NCBI GenBank assembly: GCA_964490765.1
Contig: CAZBDV010000010.1
Location: 2,451 to 66,450 of the forward strand
Length of the DNA: 64,000 nucleotides
Direction of reading: 5' to 3'
Source of the DNA: an uncultured Candidatus Cloacimonadota bacterium
GTDB lineage: Bacteria > Cloacimonadota > Cloacimonadia > Cloacimonadales > JAJBBL01
Shown here in pieces: positions 1 to 9,048 of the stretch. The position numbers were made by a program, and so were the translations under genes. The notes beneath the pieces are model-generated. The model did no database searches and was not told the DNA's origin. It worked only from the letters and a program-made list of their open reading frames with translations. The stretch's first letter is position 1, and every line of letters starts with the position of its first letter.

Positions 1-273
1 CATTTTCACGATGTGGATGATAACGGGCATAGATACGGACCTTACAGCGAGCAGGTTCTGGAAGCGATCGAGAGAATCGGAAATTATGTAACTTCTCTGG
101 CCAACGAGTGGGAGGGGGAAATATTTATCTTTTCCGATCACGGTATGCATCAATATATTGACCGGGAGAGTGGAGAATATCACGGTACGCATTATACCGC
201 CAGCGCGGAAGATATAATCGGGATATTTGCCAGACTAACCGGCAAAGGAGAAGGAGGAATGAGTGAAGAGTAA
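1..273 (+). CDS. Alkaline-phosphatase / nucleotide-pyrophosphatase superfamily enzyme, C-terminal fragment (5' end outside window)
   Basis: Frame is open from nt 1 (HFHDVDDNGHRYGP...IFIFSDHGMH). DxxGHxxGP and SDHGM metal-site motifs typical of this superfamily. Stop at 271-273. Confidence 0.6.
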   Translation, partial: HFHDVDDNGHRYGPYSEQVLEAIERIGNYVTSLANEWEGEIFIFSDHGMHQYIDRESGEYHGTHYTASAEDIIGIFARLTGKGEGGMSEE

Positions 274-760
274 TTCCAGAAGAAAAACGAGTGTAACGGC
301 GAAGGGGAGAAAGCCCCGTTCCGGGCAGTGGATTTCTATCTTTATAATCCTGGCAGTCCTGATAGTTTTGCTGAGTATCCTTTTAGAGATGAGGCAGCAT
401 GAGATCGGGCGGGTTGAGGGATTGAGCATAATCGACGAAGAAGAGATGTATCAACCGACCGCTCTGGACCTTAATAATATTCCCAATACCATAATAAGGA
501 TGAATGACGGGACAGAACTGGAGGGGTATCTACTTACCGACATACTGGCATATTACGAAATAGATCGAGATTCGATTGAGAGTATTTATCTCTCCTCACT
601 GGATGGGAGCAGGATTATCGTCTCTTACGATGAGATCAGGGAAGAAGATGTTATGCTAATGGTCGTAGAGGGTCTGCATCGAACTTACAGGTTGGCTTTT
701 CCGCAAGATCCTTTTCGCAACCGCTGGTTGAAGGATATAGTCCTGATCGAGGTGAACTGA
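263..760 (+). CDS. Membrane-anchored hypothetical protein, possibly with a molybdopterin-oxidoreductase-fold-like domain
   Basis: 165-aa ORF with a basic N-terminus and one hydrophobic helix (WISIFIILAVLIVLLSILL). The C-terminal RLAFPQDPFRNRWLKDIVLIEV resembles, from memory, the C-terminal strand pattern of Oxidored_molyb domains. Overlaps the upstream ORF by 11 nt and sits 4 nt before the ABC ATPase. Confidence 0.5.
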   Translation: MKSNSRRKTSVTAKGRKPRSGQWISIFIILAVLIVLLSILLEMRQHEIGRVEGLSIIDEEEMYQPTALDLNNIPNTIIRMNDGTELEGYLLTDILAYYEIDRDSIESIYLSSLDGSRIIVSYDEIREEDVMLMVVEGLHRTYRLAFPQDPFRNRWLKDIVLIEVN

Positions 761-764
761 ACCT

Positions 765-1460
765 GTGTTGAACGTCAAAAACTTCACCTTTCGTTATACT
801 GCAGAGAGCGGCTTTCTCTGGAATCCCCTGAATTTCTCTGTCAGAGCGGGGGAGATAATCCTTCTGAGAGGAAAAAACGGGAGCGGGAAAACTACACTTC
901 TGCAATGTCTCTGCAGTATCATACCTCAGGCGATAGAAGGTGAACTCCGGGGAGAGATCAGTTTCAGGGGCAGCCCTGTTACCTCCAGGCCATTAAGGGA
1001 GATAGCACCCGAGATAAATATTCTCTTTCAGGAACCGGACAAACAGGTCTTTATGCCGACGGTAGAAGAGGAGATCGCCTTCGGCCCGGAAAATCTCTGT
1101 GTCGAAAGGGGAGAGATAGAGCGGAGGCTGAATGAAATACTTGAGCGTCTAAAGATCACTGAACTCCGCAGAAGGCTGACTGCAGAACTCTCATTCGGGC
1201 AGAAGAAACTGGTTGTTTTAGCCAGTATTCTGGCAATGACGCCAGCGATTATCCTTCTCGACGAGTTATCGGCCGGTATTGAAGAAGGGTTGATTGAGAG
1301 TATTGGATCATATCTGGTGGAACTGAAAGAAATTGGGAGATCATTCGTGCTGAGTGAACACCACCCAGCTTTCGCTGAGCTGGCGGATCAGATAATCGAC
1401 CTGGACGAGATGGCAACACCCGGTCGCTTAGCTGAACCCTGGAATAACCCGGGAGCTTGA
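765..1460 (+). CDS. ABC transporter ATP-binding protein, ECF/CbiO (EcfA-like) type
   Basis: Walker A GKNGSGKTT, signature LSFGQKK, Walker B IILLDE. GTG start. Followed by a second ATPase and a T component. Confidence 0.85.
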   Translation: MLNVKNFTFRYTAESGFLWNPLNFSVRAGEIILLRGKNGSGKTTLLQCLCSIIPQAIEGELRGEISFRGSPVTSRPLREIAPEINILFQEPDKQVFMPTVEEEIAFGPENLCVERGEIERRLNEILERLKITELRRRLTAELSFGQKKLVVLASILAMTPAIILLDELSAGIEEGLIESIGSYLVELKEIGRSFVLSEHHPAFAELADQIIDLDEMATPGRLAEPWNNPGA

Positions 1461-1461
1461 G

Positions 1462-2130
1462 TTGATGAAGGTTCTCTACAGGATTTCTGACCTCGAATTT
1501 GCCTATAAAGGCGAAGTGTCGGTTTTCAAAAGTCTCAATATGGTCATTACCCGGCTGGGTGTAACTCTCATTACCGGCAGTAACGGTGCGGGGAAAACAA
1601 CTCTCTGTCGGTTGCTGACCGGCCTGGCCAGTGGTTATCACGGTTCTATCCTGCTGCAGGAGAGGGAGCTTTCTGGATTGAACCGGGCTGCGATAATGGA
1701 TGATATTCTCTATATCAAGCAGGAATTACAGGGCAATCTGATGGGTATTACACCCGAAGAGGACCTGAAGATCTGGCAGAATCGGTTTGCCGAAGAGGAT
1801 ACAGAAGAGAAGAGAAGATTACGGGAAGCAGGACTGGCGAAACTCGGTATTGCAGAGCTTAAAGATAAGCCTCTCTGGGAGTTGAGTTACGGACAGAAGA
1901 GGAGAAGTATGCTCTCAGTATTACCACTCTTCCCGGATAAATACTGGATTATAGACGAACCTACAGCAAGTCTGGATGACAGAGGGATCGAGCTGCTGAC
2001 TACCCTAATCGAGAAGAAGAGAAAGAGGTCTGACGGCGTATTGATCCTTACCCACCGTCCAGGCTTATTCCGGACAATAACAGATTATACCTTTGCTATA
2101 ACTGATGGCAAAATTGCAGGAGAGAGCTGA
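1462..2130 (+). CDS. ABC transporter ATP-binding protein, second ECF-type ATPase (EcfA'-like)
   Basis: Walker A GSNGAGKTT, signature LSYGQKRR, Walker B YWIIDEPT. Starts 1 nt after the previous stop. Confidence 0.85.
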   Translation: MMKVLYRISDLEFAYKGEVSVFKSLNMVITRLGVTLITGSNGAGKTTLCRLLTGLASGYHGSILLQERELSGLNRAAIMDDILYIKQELQGNLMGITPEEDLKIWQNRFAEEDTEEKRRLREAGLAKLGIAELKDKPLWELSYGQKRRSMLSVLPLFPDKYWIIDEPTASLDDRGIELLTTLIEKKRKRSDGVLILTHRPGLFRTITDYTFAITDGKIAGES

Positions 2131-2134
2131 AAGG

Positions 2135-2866
2135 ATGAAGAGTACCCTGAATACCAGAACGATTATTGTTATCGCTCTCGCCCTCTCCAGTATAGTAGTC
2201 ATCAGGCAGAATATAACAACGCAACTTGGTGTGATCATAATGGCTCTGATCCTTCTCGTTCTCCAGGAAGAGCGAAGAGCTATCTTCAGCAGGCTGACAG
2301 GCAGACTGAAACACTTCTGGATCGCCTTTCTGGCTATAATGATCCTGCAGGTACTCTTCAGAAGAGATGGAGACGTTATCTTTCAGTTCCATATTCTGAA
2401 AATAACTCAGACAGGTATCTACTATGGGATAACAGTAGCTCTCCGATTAATAAACCTGATCCTCATAGCCGACCTCCTCTTCAGGATTTCATCTGCAGAG
2501 TATATGCTGGCCTTTAAAGCCTGGCACATTCCCTTTGAGATATCATTTCTTATTACTACTGTAATACGCTTCATTCCTGATTATTACCGGCTCTTTCTCG
2601 CTTACCGGGAGACTTTGTATCTCCGTAACATCGAAATCAGGAAACTGAGTATAAAAAATAAACTGTCTGTTCTGGTAGCTTTGCTTATACCGGTATTGAC
2701 AGCCAATCTTGCCGATGTAAAATCTCGTGCTGTAGCTCTTGATATGAAAGCATTCCGGCTCTATCCGCAGCGAACATATCTCCACGAGGCAAGACTTCGA
2801 GGCCAGGATTATTTGATACAATTCCTGAGCCTGATCATCTTTCTATTCGTCATCCTGGTGTTTTAG
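2135..2866 (+). CDS. ECF transporter transmembrane T component (EcfT/CbiQ family)
   Basis: Polytopic hydrophobic ORF directly after two ECF-type ATPases. SRAVALDMKAFR resembles the A-x-A-M-E-x-R-G coupling-helix motif. I prefer the ATG at 2135 (AAAGG just upstream, right after the upstream stop at 2128-2130) to the track start at 2105. Confidence 0.75.
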   Translation: MKSTLNTRTIIVIALALSSIVVIRQNITTQLGVIIMALILLVLQEERRAIFSRLTGRLKHFWIAFLAIMILQVLFRRDGDVIFQFHILKITQTGIYYGITVALRLINLILIADLLFRISSAEYMLAFKAWHIPFEISFLITTVIRFIPDYYRLFLAYRETLYLRNIEIRKLSIKNKLSVLVALLIPVLTANLADVKSRAVALDMKAFRLYPQRTYLHEARLRGQDYLIQFLSLIIFLFVILVF

Positions 2867-2962
2867 CAGGATTCGATTCTCTCCCTTAACAGAGCGATTG
2901 GAATGCTGGAGAATGACAATTTACTTGACGTTTTTACCCGACTCGAATTTTTCTGAACCAGT

Positions 2963-3050
2963 GCTGAAGTGGTGGAATTGGTAGACACGCTAGGTTCAGG
3001 ACCTAGTGGGCGAATAGCTCGTGGGGGTTCGAGTCCCCCCTTCAGCACCA
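2963..3050 (+). tRNA. tRNA-Leu: tRNA-Leu (anticodon CAG), class II with long variable arm, CCA encoded
   Basis: Acceptor GCTGAAG/CTTCAGC, discriminator A then CCA. Anticodon stem CTAGG/CCTAG with loop TTCAGGA. T-arm GGGGGTTCGAGTCCCCC. Confidence 0.93.
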
Positions 3051-3096
3051 TTTTTATAGTAGTAACCAATTCACTAATTACGGAGTGTAATTCCTC

Positions 3097-3810
3097 ATGA
3101 CCAGGCTGGAACAGACCATAATCGCAGAAATCGAGCGGGCTAACAGTATCTGGCAGCTCTTTACGGCAAATGAGAAGCTACTTGTAGCTGTATCCGGCGG
3201 AAAAGATTCTCTCGCACTCTATCATCTCCTGCGACAGTATCCCCTGCAGTTGGCTGCTGTCCATATCAGGCTCAGTAAAGGATTCAAGATCGATTTCTTA
3301 GAAAGGAACAACCTCCGTGATGAGATCGAGGTCATTGAAACCGACATCTACGATGAGATCAAAGCTAAGGAGAGTAACCTGAACACCTGTTATCTCTGCT
3401 CCCGTGAGAGAAGAAAGAGAATCCTTCAGTTTGCCGAAAAACAGAATATCAAGAAGATAGTCTTCGGACATCACCGGAACGATGTGGTGGAAACCCTGCT
3501 GCTTAACCTCATCTTCAGCAGAGAGGTCAGTACACTGCAGCCGAAGCAGGTACTTTTCGCCGGGAAGTTTCAGATCATCAGGCCTTTTTATACTCTTTCT
3601 GAAAAACTGCTCTATTCACTGCAGAAAGAGAAACAGTGGTATATTGAGCCTGATCGGTGTGCCGAAGCAAAAAGTTCGAAAAGAGAATATATCAGAGAGT
3701 TATTACGAAAACTGCAAAAAGATCATCCCGGAATTGATGTCAGCGATAATATCTTCTCTGCTCTGCAATCGGTGAAGAGCTCTTTTCTCCCCTTTCCTCC
3801 GAAAAGTTGA
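3097..3810 (+). CDS. PP-loop ATPase, tRNA thiolation enzyme of the TtcA/TilS-like family
   Basis: SGGKDS PP-loop motif (VAVSGGKDSLAL) and a CYLCSRERRKR CxxC motif as in TtcA-type enzymes. 237 aa. Confidence 0.7.
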   Translation: MTRLEQTIIAEIERANSIWQLFTANEKLLVAVSGGKDSLALYHLLRQYPLQLAAVHIRLSKGFKIDFLERNNLRDEIEVIETDIYDEIKAKESNLNTCYLCSRERRKRILQFAEKQNIKKIVFGHHRNDVVETLLLNLIFSREVSTLQPKQVLFAGKFQIIRPFYTLSEKLLYSLQKEKQWYIEPDRCAEAKSSKREYIRELLRKLQKDHPGIDVSDNIFSALQSVKSSFLPFPPKS

Positions 3811-3818
3811 TTCATCTG

Positions 3819-3843
3819 TTAATCCCTCAGAGTGAGGGGTTAA
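3819..3843 (+). terminator. Stem-loop after the PP-loop ATPase gene (no clear U-tract)
   Basis: TTAATCCCTCA gag TGAGGGGTTAA: 11-bp stem with one G-U pair, 9 nt after the stop. Confidence 0.35.
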
Positions 3844-3948
3844 GCTAACTTCTGGGAAATCATAGAGTTAATCTCATTGACAAAGATATTGACAGGGGAT
3901 TAGTAATTCTTCGAGAGTTAACATAAGCTTAAAACCGAGGGAGGAGTA

Positions 3949-4446
3949 ATGGAGAAGCAAGAATTGTTAGAGGCTATTCGTAAGGGTATTATGGCGGAGC
4001 GTGACAGTATTGAGCTCTATGAGAAGGGGTTGCATAGTGCTGAAGATGACGAAGTAAGGTCCTTCTTCCAGGAGAGAATCGATGAGGAGACGCGGCATTA
4101 CAGCTATCTTGTCCGCTATTATAAGGATATCGAGGATGACAGGGAATTGAAAGATCTGAGCGAAGGTCTACCGGGAACAGAAGGGGAGAAGATATTCAGT
4201 GAAGAATTTCTCCGCCGCATCGGTGAAAAACAGACCCTTTTCTCTGCTATTTCGACTGCTGTATTACTGGAGAAAGATTCGCTGCAACACTATAAGAACC
4301 TGGCTCAGGATGCTGAGCAACCGGAGTTGAGGAGCTTCTTCAGCCAGATGGGCCGCTGGGAGACCGAGCATTACATAGATGTTCTCAATATTCAGAAAGA
4401 GGCGGAGAAATTCTACTGGGAATTGAACGATTTTGAACCCTATTAA
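3949..4446 (+). CDS. Ferritin-like / rubrerythrin-like di-iron domain protein
   Basis: Two E...ExxH motifs (AEDDEV...DEETRHYSYL and EKDSLQ...WETEHYIDVL) in a 165-aa helical protein. GGAGG RBS. Confidence 0.7.
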   Translation: MEKQELLEAIRKGIMAERDSIELYEKGLHSAEDDEVRSFFQERIDEETRHYSYLVRYYKDIEDDRELKDLSEGLPGTEGEKIFSEEFLRRIGEKQTLFSAISTAVLLEKDSLQHYKNLAQDAEQPELRSFFSQMGRWETEHYIDVLNIQKEAEKFYWELNDFEPY

Positions 4447-4557
4447 AAATAAAAAGAAGCAGCCGGGACAGGAAAGAGTTCAGATGTGAGAGAAGCGACC
4501 TGTTTTCAACAGGAGATCTATTTCCTGATAGCTGAATAAGTATTTGTGATTACAGGC

Positions 4558-5298
4558 TCAAGAACTGCTCTTCTCTTTGTCAGTCATTTTCTGGCTGATC
4601 TTATCAAACAGATCAGGATTCTCCTCTATGAATTGATCTTTCAGCTTCCAGAAGGCATTATCTTTAATCATTCTCTTCTTACTGTACTTGTATCCGATTA
4701 CCGATACAATCAGGGCACCAATCGTATTAACGATGAAATCCCGCATCGTATCCAGCACCCCTAATCTGGTAGAGAAGTAACCGTAAACCTCTTCCAGATT
4801 TCTCGCTTTCTGCATATCGGCACCAAAGATACCATCGACCAGGAATTCGAAGATCTCCCAGAGAACACCAACAGTCATAGCAAAGCAGAAGGTGAAGAGA
4901 GCAATGAAAAAGGGGCTCAGTCTGATATGGATATTCCTGTCTTTGTTAAGGGTAAATATAAGCAGAAAACCTATGTAGCCTAGAAGAAAGGCGGAAATCG
5001 AATGTAACATACTGTCCCACCAGGGGAAGCGACGGAAATATTGCTGCACTTCACCGAGATACATTGAAGCGAAGATGAATAGCAGAATTATGATCTGCAT
5101 AGGTGCAGGAATCGATATTCTTGCCCGTTTAGCAAGAATCGTTGGTAAAAGGAACAGCAGGAGAGTCAAGACAGCACTGAGCAAAATCTCCCACTGAGCG
5201 TTCAAATAGTTGAATACAATTGCAGCTGCTGTCAGGATAATGAAGAAATACCTCATTATCGGTTCGATTCTTCTGGCGGACCATTTCCTTTCTTTCAT
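4558..5298 (-). CDS. Integral membrane protein (VanZ/YjdF-like, family uncertain)
   Basis: 246 aa with several hydrophobic helices. WWDSMLHSISAFLLGY and DTMRDFIVNTIGALI resemble D/H and D...N..GA motifs of VanZ-like proteins. Confidence 0.6.
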   Translation of the reverse strand: MKERKWSARRIEPIMRYFFIILTAAAIVFNYLNAQWEILLSAVLTLLLFLLPTILAKRARISIPAPMQIIILLFIFASMYLGEVQQYFRRFPWWDSMLHSISAFLLGYIGFLLIFTLNKDRNIHIRLSPFFIALFTFCFAMTVGVLWEIFEFLVDGIFGADMQKARNLEEVYGYFSTRLGVLDTMRDFIVNTIGALIVSVIGYKYSKKRMIKDNAFWKLKDQFIEENPDLFDKISQKMTDKEKSSS

Positions 5299-5708
5299 AG
5301 TTTATCTCCTGTAGCATCTAATACCGGTATCTATGGCTTATCAATGAACGATATACCATTGAATAATATCATATTATTGGTTGCATTAACCGGGCAGGCG
5401 GTGAGCCACTGAGAACGAGACTGAATTCTACAATCCTTTTCTATAGACTCATAACAGCACTGCATTATTATCTCTGATGATTTTAACCATTTCTGCAGAA
5501 CTTTTTCTTCTGTCAAACTGTTTTGTCTCAAGGGGAGATGTAACTGCTCAGCGATATTCTCTTTTCAGGACTATGCGATTTCTATTATGATATTTAAAGC
5601 CTGAAAACTCATAAACCAATTCACTGCATAAGCTGTTACAGAACGGTTAATTACTTTACAATAATCTGTGACTCTGATTTCTTGTTCTAAAAAAAGCGAG
5701 GTGAATCT

Positions 5709-6125
5709 TTGAGCGAGATTAGATACGAAATAGTAAAGAAAGCTAACAGGGAAGATGTAGCTAATCTATATCGTAAAGCCGGCTGGTGGAGTGAGAAAAA
5801 CGATAATATAGAGTTTCTCGATGACCTGATTGCCAACTCCTTTCTCTTTGTCTGTGCTTATGATGGGAAAGATCTGATCGGTATGGGTCGTTCCCTATCA
5901 GACGGCATCAGCGATGCTTATATTCAGGATGTAACAGTGCTGGCTGATTACAGGAGACGTGGTATCGGTGGATCGATAATCCGCATACTGGTAGATAATC
6001 TTTACTCCAGGGGTATTCGATGGGTCGGGTTGATAGGAGCACCTGGAACACAGCATTTCTATGAGGAGCTAGGTTTTAAGGTAATGAAAGATCACATACC
6101 AATGCAATATAAAGGAAAGGGTTAA
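5709..6125 (+). CDS. GNAT-family N-acetyltransferase
   Basis: Acetyl-CoA motif A YRRRGIGGSII and typical GNAT length (138 aa). TTG start preceded by GAGG. Confidence 0.8.
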   Translation: MSEIRYEIVKKANREDVANLYRKAGWWSEKNDNIEFLDDLIANSFLFVCAYDGKDLIGMGRSLSDGISDAYIQDVTVLADYRRRGIGGSIIRILVDNLYSRGIRWVGLIGAPGTQHFYEELGFKVMKDHIPMQYKGKG

Positions 6126-6227
6126 GAGCTAAGGGCTAAGAGCTAAGGGCTAAGAGCTAAGGGCTAAGAGCTAAGGGCTAAGGGCTGAGTAATGAAAGAC
6201 CATATACAAATGCAATCTAAAGGAAAG
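6081..6227. repeat. 39-bp imperfect direct repeat (6081-6119 and 6189-6227) flanking a minisatellite
   Basis: The two copies align with 35/39 identities. Copy A is the present 3' end of the GNAT gene. Copy B would encode VMKDHIQMQSKGKK* with its TGA overlapping the ATG at 6230. Confidence 0.9.
6122..6188. repeat. Tandem minisatellite: 14-bp unit AAGAGCTAAGGGCT (7-mer AAGRGCT), about 4.5 copies
   Basis: Read directly: ...aagagctaagggct repeated four times, then aagggctgag. TAA occurs in every unit. Confidence 0.95.
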
Positions 6228-6229
6228 AA

Positions 6230-7138
6230 ATGAGCAGGCCTGATCTAGGTAACTTACGTAAGGTACAGATAGACGATTACGAACTTTTATCGAAACTTCT
6301 TAGCCGTTATCAGACTCCCAGAAGCGCTTATAATATAGTCAATCTGATGATCTGGGGAACTCAGTTCAAGGCACAATGGATGGAGTTTGAGGGGAGGTTG
6401 ATCCTCTTCAATGAGACCTGGATGTGTGTCTTGATGCCGCTGGGTATATATTTTCCCCCGGATGAACTGGTAGAGATATCGGAAGCCTTCTGTGAGAGTA
6501 AGAAGTGCGGAGCAGTTTCACTGATCGATAATGAGTATATGGCACTCTACAGAACCAGTTATTCCGGTTATGATATAACTAAAGACTACAATACAGCAGA
6601 TTATATTTATCTTACAGAGAAGCTGGCCCGATTGAGCGGTAAGAAGTTACAGAAAAAGAAGAATCTGATCTCACAGTTTAGAAAGAGATATGGTGAATAT
6701 GCAGTATTACCTCTTCAGGGAGCAGATTCAGGTGATTGTCTCGATTTTGCAGATCAGTGGTATAAAGATCATCCGGAAGCCAGAGATGAGGGATATTATT
6801 ACGAGAGAAGGGCTTTACAGACGGCCTTCGAATATTTCGACCTTCTGAAGCTGGAAGGGCTGATAATCAGGCACGAGGGTAGAATGATAGCCTTCACCAT
6901 CTTCTCAGAACAGAGTGTTGATATGGCGAATGTCCATTTTGAGAAATTCGACCGTGAAATGAAGGGGGCTGCACAGCTTATAAACTGGGAAGCGGCCAGA
7001 CATCTGCAGGATAGATATCTCTATGTAAACAGAGAAGAGGATATGGGGGTACCCGGATTAAGGAAGTCGAAACTCTCTTATCAACCTTTGATGGTGCTGG
7101 ACAGTTACAGGATGCAGAAAAAGAAGCGAGAAAAATAA
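6230..7138 (+). CDS. DUF2156-like protein (GNAT-fold, related to the C-terminal domain of lysyl-phosphatidylglycerol synthase)
   Basis: 302 aa. N-terminal YNIVNLMIWG pattern and overall size and pattern recalled for standalone DUF2156 proteins. Assignment is from memory. Confidence 0.5.
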   Translation: MSRPDLGNLRKVQIDDYELLSKLLSRYQTPRSAYNIVNLMIWGTQFKAQWMEFEGRLILFNETWMCVLMPLGIYFPPDELVEISEAFCESKKCGAVSLIDNEYMALYRTSYSGYDITKDYNTADYIYLTEKLARLSGKKLQKKKNLISQFRKRYGEYAVLPLQGADSGDCLDFADQWYKDHPEARDEGYYYERRALQTAFEYFDLLKLEGLIIRHEGRMIAFTIFSEQSVDMANVHFEKFDREMKGAAQLINWEAARHLQDRYLYVNREEDMGVPGLRKSKLSYQPLMVLDSYRMQKKKREK

Positions 7139-7161
7139 AAAGAATAATATGAGGTAGAATA

Positions 7162-7530
7162 ATGTTCAAACTAAAAGTTACGTCGAGTTTTTCGGCAGCC
7201 CATAAATTGGACGGTTATGCTGGAGACTGTTGTAACCTGCACGGCCATAACTGGCGGGTTCAGGTAGTAATTCGGTGCAGGGAACAGGATAATATTGGCC
7301 TGACGATAGATTTCCGGGAGGTCAAGAAACGGCTTCAGGTTGTAGTATCAGAAGTTGACCATAAATATCTGAACGATCTCGACTGTTTCCGGGGTAAGAA
7401 TCCGACATCAGAGGAGCTGGCACGCCATCTGTTTAAGCGGCTTGTATCTGAATTCGACGACCTCGATTGTGAGATTGGCGAAGTCGAGATCTGGGAATCA
7501 GAAAACAGTTCTGTCGTCTATTCTGAATAG
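7162..7530 (+). CDS. queD: 6-carboxy-5,6,7,8-tetrahydropterin synthase
   Basis: SSFSAAHKL...CCNLHGHNW zinc/catalytic motif, 122 aa, typical QueD. Confidence 0.85.
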   Translation: MFKLKVTSSFSAAHKLDGYAGDCCNLHGHNWRVQVVIRCREQDNIGLTIDFREVKKRLQVVVSEVDHKYLNDLDCFRGKNPTSEELARHLFKRLVSEFDDLDCEIGEVEIWESENSSVVYSE

Positions 7531-7535
7531 CCGAT

Positions 7536-8159
7536 ATGTTACATATTGCGGAAGCCGAGTTCATCACCAGTGCTGTCAAACCAGTACAGTTTCCCCCCTC
7601 ACCCTATCTGGAGATTGCAGTTGCCGGACGGTCCAATGTCGGGAAGTCATCTCTTATCAATATCCTGCTCAACAGGAAGAAAATAGCGAAGACCAGCTCT
7701 ACTCCCGGTAAGACGAGACTGGTTAATTTTTTCCAGGTCAGGGTTATAAGGTATGATAACTCACGGGAGCGTATAGGAGAGGGGTTCTTCTCACTCGTAG
7801 ATCTGCCAGGATACGGATATGCCAGAGTCAGTAAGACAGAACGGGAAAGCTGGAAAACGATGATCAAGGGCTATCTGGAAGACAGGCCACAGTTGAGATT
7901 ACTCCTTCTTCTTGTTGATATCAGGCACAGTGCAGATCCAAAAGATCTGTTGATGCTCGAGATGCTCAACTCCTATCAGTTGCCCTATCTCATAATAGCC
8001 ACTAAAGCGGATAAGATCCCCAAAAATAGTGTCAGGAAGCAGGTTGATAGCCTGAGTCAGGAGTTGCATACAGAGAGGGGTAATATAGTTCCTGTTTCTG
8101 CTTTGACAAAAAGAGGGCTGGATATACTTATCAACAAACTCGAAGAGGTCCTCTTCTGA
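7536..8159 (+). CDS. engB: Ribosome-biogenesis GTPase EngB/YsxC
   Basis: G1 GRSNVGKSSLIN, TSSTPGKTR, G3 DLPGYGY, G4 TKADK. Confidence 0.9.
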   Translation: MLHIAEAEFITSAVKPVQFPPSPYLEIAVAGRSNVGKSSLINILLNRKKIAKTSSTPGKTRLVNFFQVRVIRYDNSRERIGEGFFSLVDLPGYGYARVSKTERESWKTMIKGYLEDRPQLRLLLLLVDIRHSADPKDLLMLEMLNSYQLPYLIIATKADKIPKNSVRKQVDSLSQELHTERGNIVPVSALTKRGLDILINKLEEVLF

Positions 8160-8202
8160 TAGTGGCCTGTGCTGTCATAGTTAATCAGATACCTGATTAT
8201 AA

Positions 8203-9048
8203 CTAATGGTTACTGCTGTTCTCCCGTTTGAGCATCTTGGCCAGTTTGTTTCCCACGTAAGAGACTTTCTTATCTTTCTCGCCACGCCAATCATAGATAA
8301 CGAATTTAGTAAGGGCCATGAAATCGGGTGACTTGTCTTTCAATCCTTTTTGGAGATAGATAGAGAGTATCTTTCTGAGCGACATCATAAGAGTTTTGAT
8401 CCTCTTATCGGAGCCGGTCATGATCCATTCTCTGATATAGGGGTAGGTCTCGGCAGGGCGAGTTCTGACTACCTGTAGCAGTATATGGGTTACTTTCTTC
8501 TGGACTTCCAGGCTCTCATCATCCAGCGCTTTGGTCAGAAAGTCGAGGACAAAGTGCGGGTCTCTTTCAGCGATCAGTTCCAGGCCATGAAAGGATACTA
8601 TTCGTTTTTTCTCGATATCTGAATTGAGCCATTCAGGCATCATCTCTTTCATAATATTAGGGTGTTTTTTCCACATCTCATAGATGATGCTCTCAACCTC
8701 CCAGGGAACAGTTTCGTAATGCTCTTCCAGAAGTGTTACGATCTTTTTCGGTTCGTTTACATTTAGATTATAGAAATAGAAGAAGGCGGTTGCCCTGATC
8801 CCGTACATCTTATGAGAGATCATATCTCTGGCAATCATTGTCATCTTCCGCCTGTTATTGTAGTTGGTCATCAGTTTTCCGACCAGTTCCCTGATGAAAT
8901 AGTTGGAGGTTTTGCTCAATTCTTCGAGTAAACTGCGAGCCTGGTCATCCTTTTTTGCATCGAGTAGAGTAAAGATCTTACTGACCTCCTCCTCGATTGT
9001 TTGTGTTTGCAGCGCATCAAGCCTGCCGACATCTTTGATTTCGATCAT
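8203..9048 (-). CDS. Helical-repeat (HEAT/armadillo-like) hypothetical protein
   Basis: 281-aa all-helical ORF with repeated amphipathic helices. Possible DNA-alkylation-repair-like fold, but this is not supportable by eye. Confidence 0.5.
   Translation of the reverse strand: MIEIKDVGRLDALQTQTIEEEVSKIFTLLDAKKDDQARSLLEELSKTSNYFIRELVGKLMTNYNNRRKMTMIARDMISHKMYGIRATAFFYFYNLNVNEPKKIVTLLEEHYETVPWEVESIIYEMWKKHPNIMKEMMPEWLNSDIEKKRIVSFHGLELIAERDPHFVLDFLTKALDDESLEVQKKVTHILLQVVRTRPAETYPYIREWIMTGSDKRIKTLMMSLRKILSIYLQKGLKDKSPDFMALTKFVIYDWRGEKDKKVSYVGNKLAKMLKRENSSNH

Noticed and set aside
2863-3069. 68-aa minus-strand ORF; likewise the 48731..48979 + ORF
   Set aside because: They lie on top of well-formed tRNA genes (Leu; Pro and Val) and are artefacts of the tRNA sequence.
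5331-5531. 66-aa minus-strand ORF in the 410-bp intergenic region before the GNAT gene
   Set aside because: It has no RBS, an odd composition and no motif. The region is better treated as non-coding and unexplained.
7139-7161. preQ1 riboswitch before queD, and a THF riboswitch before the folA operon (19023..19125)
   Set aside because: The queD leader is only 23 nt. The 103-nt region before the SUOX-like/folA operon shows no recognisable THF-riboswitch pairing.
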